Positions 38,001 to 49,900 of a stretch of 64,000 nucleotides of DNA are shown piece after piece. Below the pieces are notes generated by a model. That model did no database searches. It saw nothing but the letters and a program-made list of their open reading frames with translations, and was not told the origin of the DNA. Source of the stretch: Schmidtea nova. Lineage: Eukaryota. Location of the stretch: assembly GCA_044892505.1 (NCBI GenBank), contig CM097882.1, forward strand, positions 333,064,001 to 333,128,000, written 5' to 3'. Position numbers and translations under genes: made by a program. Positions within the stretch are counted from its first letter, which is position 1, and the number at the start of each line of letters is the position of its first letter.

Positions 38001-40949
38001 GCAATATGCTATGGCTGAGAAACCCATTTTTAGTGGGCCTAATGTTGATCCTACCATTAAATTGGGTTTCCGACCGCCTTGGGAGCAAATATTCGATGAT
38101 AAATTATCTAGACAACCACTACAGGACTGATTAGCCGGCGAAGTCGGCTCTATAGGTTTGGTTTGCCGAGATTGTGTAGTGATTTGCGGACGTTGTACTA
38201 TTAGATATCGACAAATCGATAAGGCAAGTTTAACAGCTTCGTTGTATAATCCATTACTGCGTAACGCTAGAACGCTGAGACCTGATAATGGCGATTGCTC
38301 TGGCCAAATATGTTTGACATCTTCTTTGTCATTGAAAATCTCTTGTAAATGCGGAAAATCCGAGCTCATATCAGCGGCCATCAAGGCTAAACAGTTACGA
38401 AGTAATGATGGTGATGACCTCATTTGAAATCCATTAGACCAAGAAGAATTTAAACAATCACGAATATAGTCATATTCAGGCCAGTAGACATACCTACAGC
38501 CTTTATACATTTTGGGAACACAATCTTCTGGGTGTATATAATTATCAGAACAAGCTACCCATAAACCTGGTCTAACAAATTGGCTAGGATGTTCTGGTCT
38601 AGCTACCATCCAGTATGGTGAAACGAATGTTGCCAAGTTGAAAAGAACTGTAGCAGCAGCTAGACATATAGCTAATTTCAAATTGAAAATCTTTTGGTCC
38701 ATTTTTTTGTACTTCAATTTATATATTTAAAAATTGAACAAATTCAAATGACTGTATTTAAAATCAAAAAATACAATTTTTAAATCTTCAAGAAAAATAA
38801 TAACAATCCTGTAATATTAAAACAACAAGTGTTTAATTTTTTTAAGGAATTTAAAAAACCAAATTATATCATTCAAAAATGTTAAATCTCTAAATCATAA
38901 ACAGAGAATTTAGTCCATAAGGTATAGAAAATTTTTTAGAAAAGAATTTTCTGGTTAAATTACATCAATTTTCTTTAACTTGAATTTTCTTAGATAATTG
39001 AGCAAATATATCATGATAAGTTCGATTTTCAATATGCATGATTTCAAGACCATTCTGAAGCTTCAATTATTAGTGCTTTGATTGTTTTTGAAGTTAAGTC
39101 GTCATTAAAATGAACTGTTGAAAATCTAATATCACTGAATAAAGTGAAAGTTTGAGGCAGACCATGTTCCTTTAATACTTTGAGAAAAACTTCAATATCG
39201 ACCTTCACATTTGATCAATAAATTTTTACACTACAGTTCAACTATTTTTTATGTTAATCCGGCGAGATACCGTAGAAACAATTCTCATCTGTATAACTCA
39301 GTTAATATTAATAGTACTTAACTGTTTATTTTTTATTCCCCAAAATTTCGCCAACACGGTATCATTATTACATTACCTGTTGATTCATGAAGAAACCCTT
39401 AGAGTCACTCTTAATTTCACAAGAATTGAAGACGTTATTTTAAGTTGTAATTATTATCTCCACACAAGCAATTGCTTCGTAATCAGTACAACCGTAAGAA
39501 AATAGATTTGCATTTAACTCATATTTAATACAGAACTATTAGATTGATGAAAATGTAATATAACGAAGCAAGATAATTAAAATATTTAACAAATATACAT
39601 TTTCCAATAATCATTTAGATAGATTAACACTTAATATGGTATATCTCTTAGTAGATCTATAAAAAAGATAAAGCATTATTGTGAAAGAAAAGGACCGAAC
39701 AATGAAATCAGCATATATCTTCTATCAATAGCTTTGAACCCATAGAATTATTCAATCAATTATAGCTCTGGTAACAGCACTCACTTTTTGAGATTTTTCC
39801 ACCAATAGTTACATTACTAATGTTGCTTGCGACGAGTAACTACTGATTTAACAGTAGTTATATTGTTANNNNNNNNNNNNNNNNNNNNNNNNNNNNNNNN
39901 NNNNNNNNNNNNNNNNNNNNNNNNNNNNNNNNNNNNNNNNNNNNNNNNNNNNNNNNNNNNNNNNNNNNNNNNNNNNNNNNNNNNNNNNNNNNNNNNNNNN
40001 NNNNNNNNNNNNNNNNNNNNNNNNNNNNNNNNNNNNNNNNNNNNNNNNNNNNNNNNNNNNNNTATTGTTATTTTTATTACTGCTGTTATCATTATTAATA
40101 TTGTTATTGCATTTATTCTGGCGGGTGCCCTTGTGGACACCGGATTCCTGTGTTTTATTTTTGTCTGGCCCTATTGTTATTATTATCTTCTTCATGTAAC
40201 AGCCATGACAATAATAAATTAGAAATTAAAATTAATCAAAAAACGATCAATAACAATTACTATAGACTACAAAAAAAATAAAAAGTAATTGCCAAGCAGA
40301 AATTCATTAAAAAAGAAAACTGACAATATTAAATTAAAGAGACTACAAGAACAACTGAAAAATTTATTAAGGATACGGGAATATTCAAAGGGAAACTGAA
40401 AGATTTGAACAAAGTTAAACTAAACTCGGAAAATACCAACGACAATTGTGACTTAAAGAAGATTCGAATAAAAATAAATAGAAGTTGAAAAATGCCAACC
40501 ACAATAGCGACTTAAGGAAGATTCGGATAAAAATAAATTGAATTTATAAAACACCGATGACGATTGTAATTTAAAGAAGATTTGAACGACAAAAATTTGA
40601 ATGATAGAAATAAAGCTTCAATTGAATAAAAAAATAAATTACAAAATTAAAAAGTCAAAACTAGGAAACCAAAGATCCAAATAAAAGGCCCAAGATATAT
40701 TCATTATTATTCACTGTGAGTAACGTTTTTTATTCTTTTGCATAAATAAAGGTTATTGTTATAATTCGTTAATTGTTATTACATTCACCTACATACGCAC
40801 TCACGCACACAAAAGTAAATAACTGTCACCCCAACTGTCCCTACAGTGCTATTTTTTGGGAGACTCTGTTGGGCTCAACAAATTTCTCAAAACAAAGTGC
40901 AAACAATAACATACAAAATACTAAAAAAACCTACTACATAACCCCCAAA

Positions 40950-40984
<35 letters not shown>

Positions 40985-43900
40985 AATTTTTTATTTTGCT
41001 TGATTTTACTGCATTACTTATAGACAGAAAGACAGATCTACAAAATTTTACTTATATTAATTTTGTAAATCTTTTGATAGCCTCAAAGAAGATTATAGCT
41101 TTCAAAGAGGATTTAAACTGATAAGATATTAAGATATGGTGAAGTAGGCAATGGAAAGCCATTAGATATTTCTTATCTTTCTAAGAGTCAATTTTCAGTG
41201 ATTAATAATAGGTGATTTATTTTGAAAATGGGCAAGTCCAATTTTTGTTATAACGAGATATTTAAAAGATTTGCATTTCAAAAAATTTGAAAATATTAAT
41301 AAGCTCTAGAAGCTGATTTTAGTTTCTTTTGTAATTATAAATAATGTTAATTTATTATTCATTAATTTTTATTAAAAATGTCTTAAGAAAATAAAAAATT
41401 TGCCAATTGTTGGTGTGTTGTAGATTTCAAAAATTCCGATTTTTCTTTCTCTCATGCAGATCCTTTTTCGTTAATGACTACTAGCTGTTCATGGCTATTC
41501 TCTAGGGCAGTGTTTCTCAAACCGGGGTACGCGTACTCATGGGGCTACGTGAAGGATCCGTATGATATAAAGATATAAAGACAAAAAAAAGAAACAGGTT
41601 GCTAGATGTTGATCCACATCTAAAATTGAAATTATCAGACCGAGAGCCAGATTTTTTTGCGATTGTATCTGATCATACGCAGTATCACCCATCGCATTAA
41701 TCAGGGTCGGGTCAATAAATTTTGGCGTCAAAATAGCTTGCTTTTTATGCAAAAAAACTATTCTATAATTTTGACAGGAGGCCTAGGCGTCACTATATCG
41801 GACCGTCCCTGATAATAATAAATCCATATTATTAATATTTGTTTTTTATACAATATTTGTATATGCTTGTATATATTTTCGAACCCTAACCTATATTAAA
41901 AATAGTAATACTGTTGGGGTTATTATAAAAAGCACAAAAGTAACAAGAAATATCAAAATAAATAAAAATGCAAAAATTAATTAAAATTTATCAAAAATTT
42001 AAAATTAATATTCGCTGGGGGAAATGGGTATGGTTGAATGCGAAATCAAAAGACGAACCCAAAAATAATAATAGAAATTTAGTAAGGGGTCCCCAAAGAA
42101 AGTTATTTAATAAAAACAAACTAATTAAAATTAATTAATCGCTCAATGGGAAGTCCGAGACAATAGGAAAACCGAGGCAATGGGAAACCCGAGCGATGAG
42201 GAAAGCCCGAGCGCAAAGAGACCCGAGAGATCAAAGTCGGGGCAATTAGGAAAAATCCATCCGAGGGTAATTAAAATTATTTGTTAGCAAAACAATTAAA
42301 CCCGAGATTGGTTAACTTTGAGATATCGATTAAACCTAATTGCTATTTGCGAGAACTATAAAAGGCAGTGCAAAACAGAGGACGGGGCCGACGAGTTGAT
42401 AGTTAAAAAAAGGGAGAATATTAAAAAGTTTCGAAAACAAATAAAGAAAGATCCTGAAGAAATCAAACAGACAAAGTGAGAAAGTATCCTTTTAACTAAA
42501 GAGTCAAATCCGAATCCAACAGAAAGCGTAAATTGACCAAAAGTGTGTATAACAAAGATTGTAATTTGTGTTGATCGTGAATAAAAGATTGTTCTGTGTT
42601 GGGTTCAATGATTTTTATAATTAAAGAGCACGAGAAGTCAGGTCAGTAAACCGATCTTAACCAGAATAATAACCCAACAATATTAAATCCTACAATTTTC
42701 AGTAGGGGGTACACAGAGTTGGAAAATGTTTGCAGGGGGTACGCACTGGTCAAAAGTTTGAGAAACACTGCTCTAGGTCACAACACTCACATAAAACTTT
42801 ACTGTTCCTGCATCCGTGAATTACCCTAATACTTCACGTTGGAAATGTGCATAACAGCCTATCGCAAATCAGCAGGTGAGCTGCTTTACAAGAACTACTC
42901 CTGATTTGTCTCATCGTTCGGGTTCTACTTGACCTATAGGAGGTCTTCTCACTATAACTCCTCAACCGGTCGCTGGTCTCTCCTTCAGAGTGACTTACAT
43001 ATTCTAGCTCAACCTACACTACTTACCAGTTGGGATGATCTGTTCAATCTATTATTTACTTTGATTATAAATACGAAATACCATTAAATAAAACATAAAT
43101 ACAACAAGAAACCCAAATATATATTTAGATTAATTCGTAATTCCATACTAAATCTACACAATGTTAGCGTTTCTCTCCTCTGGTTTGGTCCGAATCTTCT
43201 GGCGCATGCTCCGACGCGGACACTTATTTCTGCCTCAGTTTTTGTCTCCTTTGGGCGTGAGATTTTCGGCGGCTCCTTGCCTTTATCGTTGTAGACTTCA
43301 TCGCTATCTCCTTTGTTTCCCCCTAAATCTGGCACTGAGAACCACTTCTAGAGTGTCAAAGGTCTAACTAGATCGGTTAACTGTGTGACCACGAAATTCT
43401 GAGTAATGATCCACCGACAATTGTTGTTCTCAATCCTCACCGCTTCTAACTCAACTCGTTGATCTTCGATAGTTCTAGTCGCCTTGTGCAAGCTTTTTCT
43501 TACTACTTTCATCTCGACAGGTGAAAAGTAACTCTCCTCTAACTCTATGATTCGTCGTTTCAGTTTTCCAATCGTTTTCTCATCTGCTGACATAGTTTAC
43601 CTTGAAATTATAAATATTACATTGCATTCTATACTACCATCACTCTTCTGTCGTTGGTTCCTCGGTTTCGACTTCTGTCACTATACAAAACGATATTATG
43701 GTTGGCTCTATCCTGCCCTGTTTTCCTTAGTTATTTAACACTACTCTCTTTACTTTGGTTCGCCGGCCTATGGGAGGACTTAACATTCATTCAACCCAAA
43801 AAAACAAAGAACTAAAAACAAACAAAATTTGGGTACCCCCACGTATAATAACTGCACCAAACTTAAGTCGGAAAATTCAACAACACAATTAATTAATATT

Positions 43901-46900
43901 TAGATAACTACGACAATGACATAATAAATTTTCAGTAAAAATCGCATGATTCGGCATTATTTTCGGCTGGATCCATCTCGTGTACTCCCTAGGCGCTATA
44001 TGCAGATTCCGTCGTCGTTTCAGCTGGAGCGGGACCTAGTATAAAACCATCCAAGACTCCAGAACTCTTCGGTGGGGATTGTCCCCATGTAAAAGATTCT
44101 GAATCGCCCTGGAACATCGGCGGGCAATTCAACAAAGTATTGTGGAAGATCGTTGGGGTAATCCCGATTGACATCAATGGGCCACGATTCACTACCTTGT
44201 CAGGTTATGATGTTGGGACTATCCCGGGACAGACTGAACGGAGACACGATTCTCCTTTCCGTGAATGGCGTTTGGTGCTCCTCGACGATCTGCCTCACAA
44301 GATCCGTCCGGATGTTCTTCAGTGGGAGTGCCAACACGAGATAGTTGTCCACTGCTTCTGTCTCCTGATGGTACAGATGCTTCTTTCTAGCCTTACTTTC
44401 TTTAACTTGAATTCGTATACTCGCTCGTTCCATGTTCAGATTTCTATTTAATAAGTATATCAAATTTAATTAAATGGTTTAAGCTGAAGGTTCCGTGGTA
44501 GTCCAAGAATTTTATGGGTTCCTCATGTCACGGTATAGGATCGTCATTAGGGGTTTTAAATCATCCCTCCACATTCGTCACTCACACGTTCTCCATTTCC
44601 CTCTTCATATCCCCATTTGCAACCTAATTTTTATTATTTTATCCTTCGATTTTTATATTTAAATTAATTTACTCTGATTCCCCCTAATCAACTCTGACTA
44701 TTTCAATTTCGATCAAGTGGACTCGTTCGCACTCCACGAGGCACTCCCTCATGTTCGCATTACTCCTCATACTCTCTGTTATGATTACATTTCTCAAGTA
44801 CTCCACTCGTCCTTACATGACACTCCTAACTTTCAATGCCATTCATCCATGAATTTAACAACTCTCACCAAAATGTTTAATGAACTCTGAAGTGGAAATT
44901 TTTAGATTTTGGTCTACTTGAATTCCTCAAATAGTCATATACGACCTATAGAGTATGCCTGTTGGTTATATGACATTACACAACACGTTAATTATGGACA
45001 GGAGTGCATAAATTGGTGGAGTTTAATTTATTGTCATTCGTCGATTTAATTTTTAACGACAAGGCTGGGAAAATTTAAAATGCCTTCGTTTCATGTGAAT
45101 CAACGCAAATTCTCAGTTATATTCTGGTATAATAACATAGTTATAACTAACTCTACCGGTGCGGCTACTCGTCTAGCGGGAACATAGTTTAAACATGAAA
45201 AGAAAATATATCTACTCCGTTGGTTATTTTCTCGACTCGTCACTCGAGTGGCATTATTATTAGTAATGTTAAATATCAACTTAGTACCTCATACTGTTAA
45301 TTTCTCACACTTGTCCATCGTCTCTCCGACGTTTTATGACTTGACGCATATATTTTGGACACTGCTATACTGGTTTCCCGACATTTTTTTATTTTACAAC
45401 TATCATCGGAACTGCTGCTACACCAGTCTTCAGACCTACGCCCTCAAATCTGACTTTCACTACAAAAAAAATGTCTTTTATGGAGAGATCTATCTCCGCC
45501 CCGTGCCGAGTCGAAACAGAGAGCGAAGTCCCCGGAGAGCCGACCATCCCCACGATCGTCTAGACTCTCGTATTATCTATAATATAAATGCAAAACATAA
45601 AACAATGGCTTTTAACTTGGAAAATTTTAATAAAATAAGAACAAATTACTTACAATCAAATTCCACTAAGGTATCAAATGATAGGATAACAATGAATTCT
45701 GTTCTCCGAGTGTTGTTGCAAATTACTTATTGCCGCAAACTAAGTTAGTAGAAGTATGATTATGCTTTTCGTTAGGTCAAGAAAATTGCTACTCTACGCA
45801 AATGACATAAGATGATTTAACGTTTAATTTACGCTCATTTTCTTACTTTTATCAATTCATCGAATTTTTCATTTTATTTTTGTTTTAATTATATATTAAT
45901 TTATATTTATTATTTTATAATTGTTTTGTACCTTCTATTAATATTTTCTAAGTTCTCTTTTAGTTCTCATTTATTTATTCAATTATTCTCTAATTTGTGC
46001 TTTTTCTCGGTATGTACTAGCCCAGCACAATTGTCAAACAGCTATAAATAATCGTTAACTCGTTAACAATTGTGTTTTTATTTCACTTCTCAATTATAAG
46101 GGGGGCGTGTCCTTGAGTGTTTTACATGTTGTATCATGTTTTTCATTGATGGGTGGCAATTTCTAATACATAATTATAAAAATTTTAATTTAAACCCTGC
46201 AATTAAAATTTTCTGAAACTCATTAAAACAAAAAATTTACTTTTTTTCCAAAGTAATATTTTTATCGTGTTTGTGGAATAAAAGTCGTTTGAAGGTAATA
46301 AAAATATTTTCAAACTCCTAATAAGGATCTTAAACACTACTATCCAGTGTCTTATTTGTAATTATTTGATGTCCCTGTCCCTCAACAGAGTGGCCTCCTA
46401 ATTTCCATAGGATAAATTAAGTTATTTCATTTATTTTACCAAAATATAAGTTTATCTTTAACACTAATTCTTCAAATATTGTTCGAATTCTATTTAGTCT
46501 TTTTGCAAATAAAATAACTGACTCCATGTGATCAATTCAATTTTTTTTTACTTTCTCGGCCTTTGGTTATTCATTTTCACTCAAAGTACGAGAAAACTTA
46601 ATAGAAATTTATAAACTGATATTTATTTTGAATAAAGTTGATAAGGATTTTAACTGAAACAGTAAAACAACATGCAACAAATTTAAAAAATAATTAATTA
46701 TTCGTGTAAAATAAAATTTCTTAAAGCTTGCTGAAAATCTGTGACATTCTAAAATTTAGAAAATAACACTAATTTTGAATTTGATAAAATAAGGTTGGTG
46801 CAAAGATAAAGCAGTTTTGTGTATGTGTAAGTTTAACATTAATAATTCTATGATAAATCTCATTCATAATAACCAATAATAGCCATTCTTATTAGATATA

Positions 46901-49900
46901 TCGTTAAGTAAAACTATCTTTTTACTAATTTTATGTTGATCTGTAGATTGTGACTGTTCAATATGTCGAGGACCGCGTGCAATTCGTCTGTGTGGCTGTC
47001 TCGATCAGTTGACACATCGTCGAGATATGCGAAAGTGTGACGGATGTCACGAAGAATTGTGTCCATGAAGCGTTGTAAGGACTGAGCTGTATTTTTGAGG
47101 CCGAAAGGCATGAACATGTATTCAAAATTTCCAAATGGCGTAGTTACTGCTGTTTGGGGGACGTTGTCGATACGGATGGGAAATTGATGGTACGCTTTTG
47201 AGAGGTCTATAGTTGAGAACATGGTAGATTGTGAAAAGCGTGTTATTAAGTCTTTTATGAGTGGCGTTGGGTATGCGTCGTGGTTCTGTTACTTGGTTGA
47301 GTTGTCGATAATCTCCACAGAGTCTGAAAGATCCGTCTTTCTTTGTGACTAAGTGTATTGGCGGAGTCCATGGTGAAGATGAACGACATATAATGCCTGC
47401 GTTTTCTAGACTAACTAATTCAGATTTGACTGCATCGAGTTTGGTGGAAGAGAGAAATCTGGCTCGATTTTGTTGTGGTATGCATGGTAATGTGTGAATA
47501 TAGTAAAGTTGATAGGGTTGTGGGTGGTCTGGTAGCGGATTTAGTGATAAAGTTTAGGTATTTGATTGAAATTAATTTGATCATGTCGTTCATTGTGTCT
47601 GGACTGACTGTATGATCGATTTGCAACGTGTGCTCAGCACATGTCGTCGTAATATCCTGTTGAATAGAGTTGAGTTGTGGCACTGAAGATGTCTGAGTTG
47701 AAACTGTTACTATGTTCGGCAGTGAATTTGTCGCTGTATAGGTGCCGTCCTATTTTATAGTGAACAGACGACGGTTTTTGCAATCTACCATGATGGATTC
47801 TTTGCAGAAAAATTCGGAGCCTAATATTGGCTGGATCGTCTCTGCTATGTGGAAAGTTTGAGTGAAAGTTGAGTCTACTGTTGGTATTGTGAATGAAAGT
47901 TTTTTTGTTCCCAAAAATTGAATTGGTGTGCTATTGGCAGCCAATAGTGAACGGAGATTTGAAGTCTGGCCTAAAAGTCGTTGGAAGTATTGAAAATGAT
48001 GAGCCGGAATCGATGAGAAAATGAATTGATGAGCTAGAATCAAAAGTTTCTTCAACAGTGAAGATGTTGTTGATCGCAAGGACGCCGCCTGAAAATCCAG
48101 GGTTGACAAACAGCGAAGCTGGTTTTTATTGGGAGAATCGGGATAATTATTGTCGTGTTATTCTTTTGATAAACGGCTTACGAAAGTGCAACCAGGAAGA
48201 CATTTTTGTGCGTGGAAACTGAAGATGTTGTGGTAGATACAAATGGGGATGAACCTCAGAGTTGAAGGAAAATTTGGCCATGAACATCCGATATGATATG
48301 TTCTGGCTGCAGATGAAAATATCTTGTAAAAAAAATAAGTCAGAGAAGGAAAGGATTTTGATTTGTCGCTTCTTTGGTAATATGAATTTTGTTGGGAGGA
48401 ATTATGTATTTTCTATTTGTAAAGATTTGTTTGAATACTCAGAAATTTGAGTAAAATAGATTTTTAAAATAAAGCGTGATTTTCTTGTCTTTATAGAAAC
48501 AACAAGCTATCGCGGCAATAATGGACAAGATGATCCCAATTTTCAGAGGAGAAGGCGATGTTCAACAGTGGATTCAAAAAGTGAAGCTAGTGGCAAAAAT
48601 TCAGAAAATCGCGGATTTAGAATCAATTATTCCATTATACCTAGATGGGCCAGCTTTCGCTGTATATCAGCACTTGAGTGCGGAAGACAAGGGCAACGCA
48701 TTGAAGATCGAACATGCTCTAATCGATGTCTATTCCATAGATATGTTCCAAGCATATGACCGATTCCGTGAACGAAAGTGGTGCAATGAGCCAGTCGATG
48801 TATATTTGAATGATCTCAAAAACTTAGCATCATTGGCCAAGATAGATAATGAGATTTTAATTAAAACGCATTCATTATGGGTTTGCCAACAGCAACGTCA
48901 CAACAGTTACGATCCTATGCCAAAATTCAGCAGATGTCTCTTGTTGATGTTTTGAAGCAGTCCCGAGTTTTAGTAAACTGCAACACTATGGAACTATGTT
49001 CGGCTGTTGTGGGAAAACAAGACAAGCATAATAAATGTTTATATTGCGGAAAGAATGGCCATATAGAAGAACGTTGCTTTAAGAAACAAGGAAGGAAGTG
49101 TTGGCGGTGTGAAGAAGAGGGACACATTGCAAAGGAGTGCACCAAAAATTTAGAGTCGGGAAACGGAAAAGGAGTAACGCATGCGCCAGCGTCTACTCCA
49201 GCACGAATATAATGGCGCTTCAGTTTATTTCTGTCATGATCAATGGGGAGTCTGTGAAAGCATTGATCGACTCGGGATGTTCCAAATCAGTCGTGTAAGC
49301 CAGAATTGCGAAGAAACGATTTATACGGAATGGGAGTATCATGACTGCGGATGGATCACTAGTCGAGTGTATGCGTGATGTAAAAGTTCAACTGATTGTT
49401 GGTGGTAAATTATTGAGCGTTGATTGTGTCTCGTTGTTGAATCTACCACTAAATGTTGACATGATTTTAGGAATGGACGTAATAGGGATGCTTGGTGGTC
49501 TTAAAATTGACAAGACTGGTGTATCTTTTCCAGGTATTGCAGATGTATCGTGCGTGGCTGAGATGTTGGATCAGTCAAATGAGAATGTGCGAATTGAAGA
49601 TGGTGATTTTTCAGCAGTATTCAGTGATAGCAAGTGGACCGTAAAGTGGAAATGGAAAGCAGAACCAGTTGTACTATTGAATAGAATTTCAAATTACAAA
49701 ATCGATCCAGGGCTACAGATCAAGTTTGATACGGAGGTTGAACGGTGGATTCAAGAAGGATGGCTAATTCCAACGAAAGACGTCGCGTATGGAAAAATCC
49801 CGTTATTAGCAGTAGAGCAAATAAACAAAGGAAAAGTTCGCCCGGTAATGGATTTTCGGGAACTAAATAAATATGTTAGTAGTCATACTGGACAAAGTGA

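Noticed and set aside
42779-45740. Interpretation as a nested host gene or a giant-Gypsy accessory region
   Set aside because: ORFs are short and stop-interrupted, with no recognisable domain, termini or splice pattern. Kept only as an unclassified low-confidence feature.
46791-46825. TAAGGTTGGTGCAAAGATAAAGCAGTTTT resembling a mariner TIR
   Set aside because: Single short match with no partner end or transposase.
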